The notes under the pieces were generated by a model. That model did no database searches. It was not told the origin of the DNA and saw only the letters and a program-made list of their open reading frames with translations. From Mobula hypostoma (taxonomy: Eukaryota), in NCBI RefSeq assembly GCF_963921235.1, contig NC_086097.1:79796001-79860000 (forward strand): a DNA stretch of 64,000 nucleotides, given 5' to 3'. The position numbers and the translations under genes were made by a program. Position 1 is the first letter of the stretch, and each line of letters begins with the position of its first letter. Below are positions 61,393 to 64,000 of this stretch, piece after piece.

Positions 61393-64000
61393 ATGGAGTC
61401 TATTATTAATTTTGTCTCCTGGAATACTAATGGTCTTAATCATCCTATTAAAAGGAAAAAAGTTTTTAAAGTGTTCCGGAGACTTAAAGCACAAATTTTA
61501 TTTTTACAAGAGACCCATGTACGGAGGGGGGACAGACTACGTTTTTTCAAATTTTGGAAGGGACAACAATTTCATTCGAACTCCAATGCTAAGATTCGAG
61601 GCGTCTCTATTTTTATAGACTCCTCAGTTACTTTTATACAACAGGATATTATCTCTGATCCGAATGGTAGATTTTTATTGGTTAGTGGTTTATTATTTAA
61701 TAAAAAAGTAGTTTTGGTTAATGTTTATGCTCCTAATATGGATTGTCCGGAATTTTATAAATCATTGTTTGATCAGTTTCCGAATTTGAACGAGTTTTCA
61801 TTGATTTGGGGCGGAGATCTTAATACCTGTTTATCTCCAGCTTTGGACCGTTCGGCTCCTTTACGGACTTTACCTAATAAATCTGCAAATTTGATTAATT
61901 TTTTCCTTTCTGATTCTGGGTCGACGGACATTTGGCGTTTTCTGCATCCTCAGGAAAAAGATTTTTCCTTCTTTTCACATGTTCATCATTCCTATTCAAG
62001 AATTGATTATTTTTTCATTGATTCTCGTCTCATTCCTTCAGTGATTAAATGTGATTATGATTCTATAACCATTTCGGATCATGCTCCACTTAAGCTTTCT
62101 ATTAAAATTATGGCCAATATATCAAACAATAGACAATGGCGTTTTAATTCGCTGTTGCTTCAGGACTCGGACTTTGTTAATTTTATGAATGAACAGATTG
62201 AGCTTTTTTTTACAATTAACCATACAGAAGATATTTCGGTTAACACTCTTTGGGACACTTTTAAAGCCTATATTCGGGGTCAGATTATTTCGTATTCCGT
62301 TGCTTTGAGGAAGAAACAGAAGCAGGAGGAGATGGTAATTGTGGACAAGATTAAAGAAATTGATAAGAAATATGTTATGGCTCCTTCTGAGGAGCTATAC
62401 AAACAAAGAACTGAACTTCAAATGGAACACAGTTTACTACTCTCGTCCTCGATTGTAAACCAATTAAAGAAAACAAGAAGTGATTTTTATGTTCACAGTG
62501 ATAAAATTGGCAAGCTGCTGGCTAATCAATTGAAATCTAATTATGTTAAATCTCAAATCAATCAGATTTATAACCAAAATGATCGATTGATATTGGATCA
62601 TGTGGGGATTAATCAAACCTTTTGTGATTTTTATTCTTCTTTATACCAATCAGAGTCTCCTCGAGATTCTAAATATATGAATGATTTTTTAGATAAGTTA
62701 GACTTCCCTCTGATTTCACAGGATATGTCTTCTTTATTAGATACTTCCATTACAATGGATGAGATTAAGAATGTTATTTTTTCTATGAATCTGGGGAAAG
62801 CTCCTGGCCCTGATGGGTTTACCGTTGAATTTTATAAATGTTTTGCTTCTTTATTGATTCCTTGGCTCTATAAGGTTTTTGAGGCTTCTTTGAAACTTGG
62901 TAAACTTCCGGAATCTTTTAATAGAGCATCAATTTCTTTAATACTAAAGAAGGATAAAGACCCTGCTCAATGTGCATCTTATAGACCAATATCTTTATTA
63001 AATGTTGATTCTAAAGTTTTTTCTAAGTTATTAGCAAATAGACTAGAAAAAGTACTTCCTTCTATTATTTCGGAAGACCAAACGGGTTTTATTAAAGGTC
63101 GTTACTCTTTTTATAATATTCGTACATTGTTAAATATCGTTTATACTCCCTCACAAAATGTTCCTGAGTGTGTTATTTCTTTAGATGCCGAGAAAGCTTT
63201 TGATAGAGTAGAATGGCCTTATTTATTTAAGGTGCTTGAAATGTTTAATTTTAGCTTGAAATTTATATCCTGGATTAAACTGTTATATTACTCCCCTGTA
63301 GCCTCGGTTCGTACTAACTTCTTAAACTCACCTTTTTTTCCTCTCTTTCGTGGTACTCGACAAGGCTGTCCTCTTAGTCCCCTATTATTTGATATTGCAT
63401 TAGAACCTCTTGCAATTGCTATTCGAGAATCTTTAAATATTACTGGGATAACTCGGGGATTAAAGTCCCATAAATTATCACTCTATGCTGATGATTTACT
63501 TTTATATATTTCTAATCCTGAGAGATCCATTCCTGCTGTTTTAGAGTTATTAGCACAATTTGGTCTTTTCTCAGGTTATAAATTAAATCTTAGTAAGAGT
63601 GAACTTTTTCCGATTAATAAACATCTTCCCTTATATTATAAATTTCCATTTAAATTGATTAATAATTACTTTTCATATCTTGGGATTAAAATTACTTGTA
63701 AACATAAAGATTTATTTAAGACTAACTTTTTACCATTAATAGACCATATTACTCAACTTTCATCTAAATGGTTTCCCTTATATTTAACTTTGATTGGTCG
63801 TATTAATGCAGTTAAGATGTTTTTTTTGCCAAAATTTTTATATGTGTTTCAGGCATTACCAATTTCCGTTCCTAAATCTTTTTTTGATAAAGTTGACTCT
63901 AAAATTTCTTCATTTATTTGGCAGAACAAGAATCCGAGACTGGGTAAAATACATTTACAGAAAGCTAAGAGAGATGGAGGTTTAGCATTACCTAACTTTA
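61393..64000 (+). CDS. L1 ORF2p (APE endonuclease plus reverse transcriptase), partial at the window edge
   Basis: MESIINFVSWNTNGLN..LQETH..GGDLN..SRIDYF..SDHAPL..KAPGPDGF..YRPISLLN..LDAEKAFDRV..TRQGCPLSPLLF..YADD..GGLALPNF. Motifs at 63181, 63484 and 63961 are in frame with ATG 61393. Its absence from the ORF track is consistent with no stop before the edge. Confidence 0.93.
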   Translation, partial: MESIINFVSWNTNGLNHPIKRKKVFKVFRRLKAQILFLQETHVRRGDRLRFFKFWKGQQFHSNSNAKIRGVSIFIDSSVTFIQQDIISDPNGRFLLVSGLLFNKKVVLVNVYAPNMDCPEFYKSLFDQFPNLNEFSLIWGGDLNTCLSPALDRSAPLRTLPNKSANLINFFLSDSGSTDIWRFLHPQEKDFSFFSHVHHSYSRIDYFFIDSRLIPSVIKCDYDSITISDHAPLKLSIKIMANISNNRQWRFNSLLLQDSDFVNFMNEQIELFFTINHTEDISVNTLWDTFKAYIRGQIISYSVALRKKQKQEEMVIVDKIKEIDKKYVMAPSEELYKQRTELQMEHSLLLSSSIVNQLKKTRSDFYVHSDKIGKLLANQLKSNYVKSQINQIYNQNDRLILDHVGINQTFCDFYSSLYQSESPRDSKYMNDFLDKLDFPLISQDMSSLLDTSITMDEIKNVIFSMNLGKAPGPDGFTVEFYKCFASLLIPWLYKVFEASLKLGKLPESFNRASISLILKKDKDPAQCASYRPISLLNVDSKVFSKLLANRLEKVLPSIISEDQTGFIKGRYSFYNIRTLLNIVYTPSQNVPECVISLDAEKAFDRVEWPYLFKVLEMFNFSLKFISWIKLLYYSPVASVRTNFLNSPFFPLFRGTRQGCPLSPLLFDIALEPLAIAIRESLNITGITRGLKSHKLSLYADDLLLYISNPERSIPAVLELLAQFGLFSGYKLNLSKSELFPINKHLPLYYKFPFKLINNYFSYLGIKITCKHKDLFKTNFLPLIDHITQLSSKWFPLYLTLIGRINAVKMFFLPKFLYVFQALPISVPKSFFDKVDSKISSFIWQNKNPRLGKIHLQKAKRDGGLALPNF

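Larger units (their letters stand above)
59615..64000 (+). mobile_element. L1-clade LINE, apparently 5'-complete with intact ORFs, running off the window
   Basis: Short 5' UTR starting ggagacttccgg, then ORF1, a 720-nt spacer, and ORF2 open to the window end. Confidence 0.92.

Overview
Vertebrate nuclear DNA. The repeat set (CR1, Rex/Babar, Penelope-like, V-SINE) points to a cartilaginous fish, probably a ray; this is inference, not a database match. The window appears to be intronic sequence of the gephyrin gene (GPHN, minus strand). I found one 58-nt coding exon (18995-19052, LGGTVSAYKIVPDEVDEIK, canonical AG/GT) that the ORF track misses, and no neighbouring exons. The rest is mostly nested transposable elements: CR1 LINEs (three with SGNH-esterase ORF1 remnants), Rex1/Babar LINEs, Penelope-like elements and solo pseudo-LTRs, an RTE fragment, V-SINEs, Tc1 and Tigger/pogo-type DNA elements, and a Chapaev3 fragment. 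An apparently intact L1 runs off the right edge. The most notable signals are: a minimal type-I hammerhead ribozyme in the Penelope pseudo-LTR, with decayed dispersed copies; a 216-bp pseudo-LTR hairpin insertion with a 15-bp target-site duplication; a fold-back Tc1 derivative; an internally deleted Rex element; and the open-frame, T-rich L1. Boundaries of degraded repeats were judged by eye (about +/-20-50 nt).
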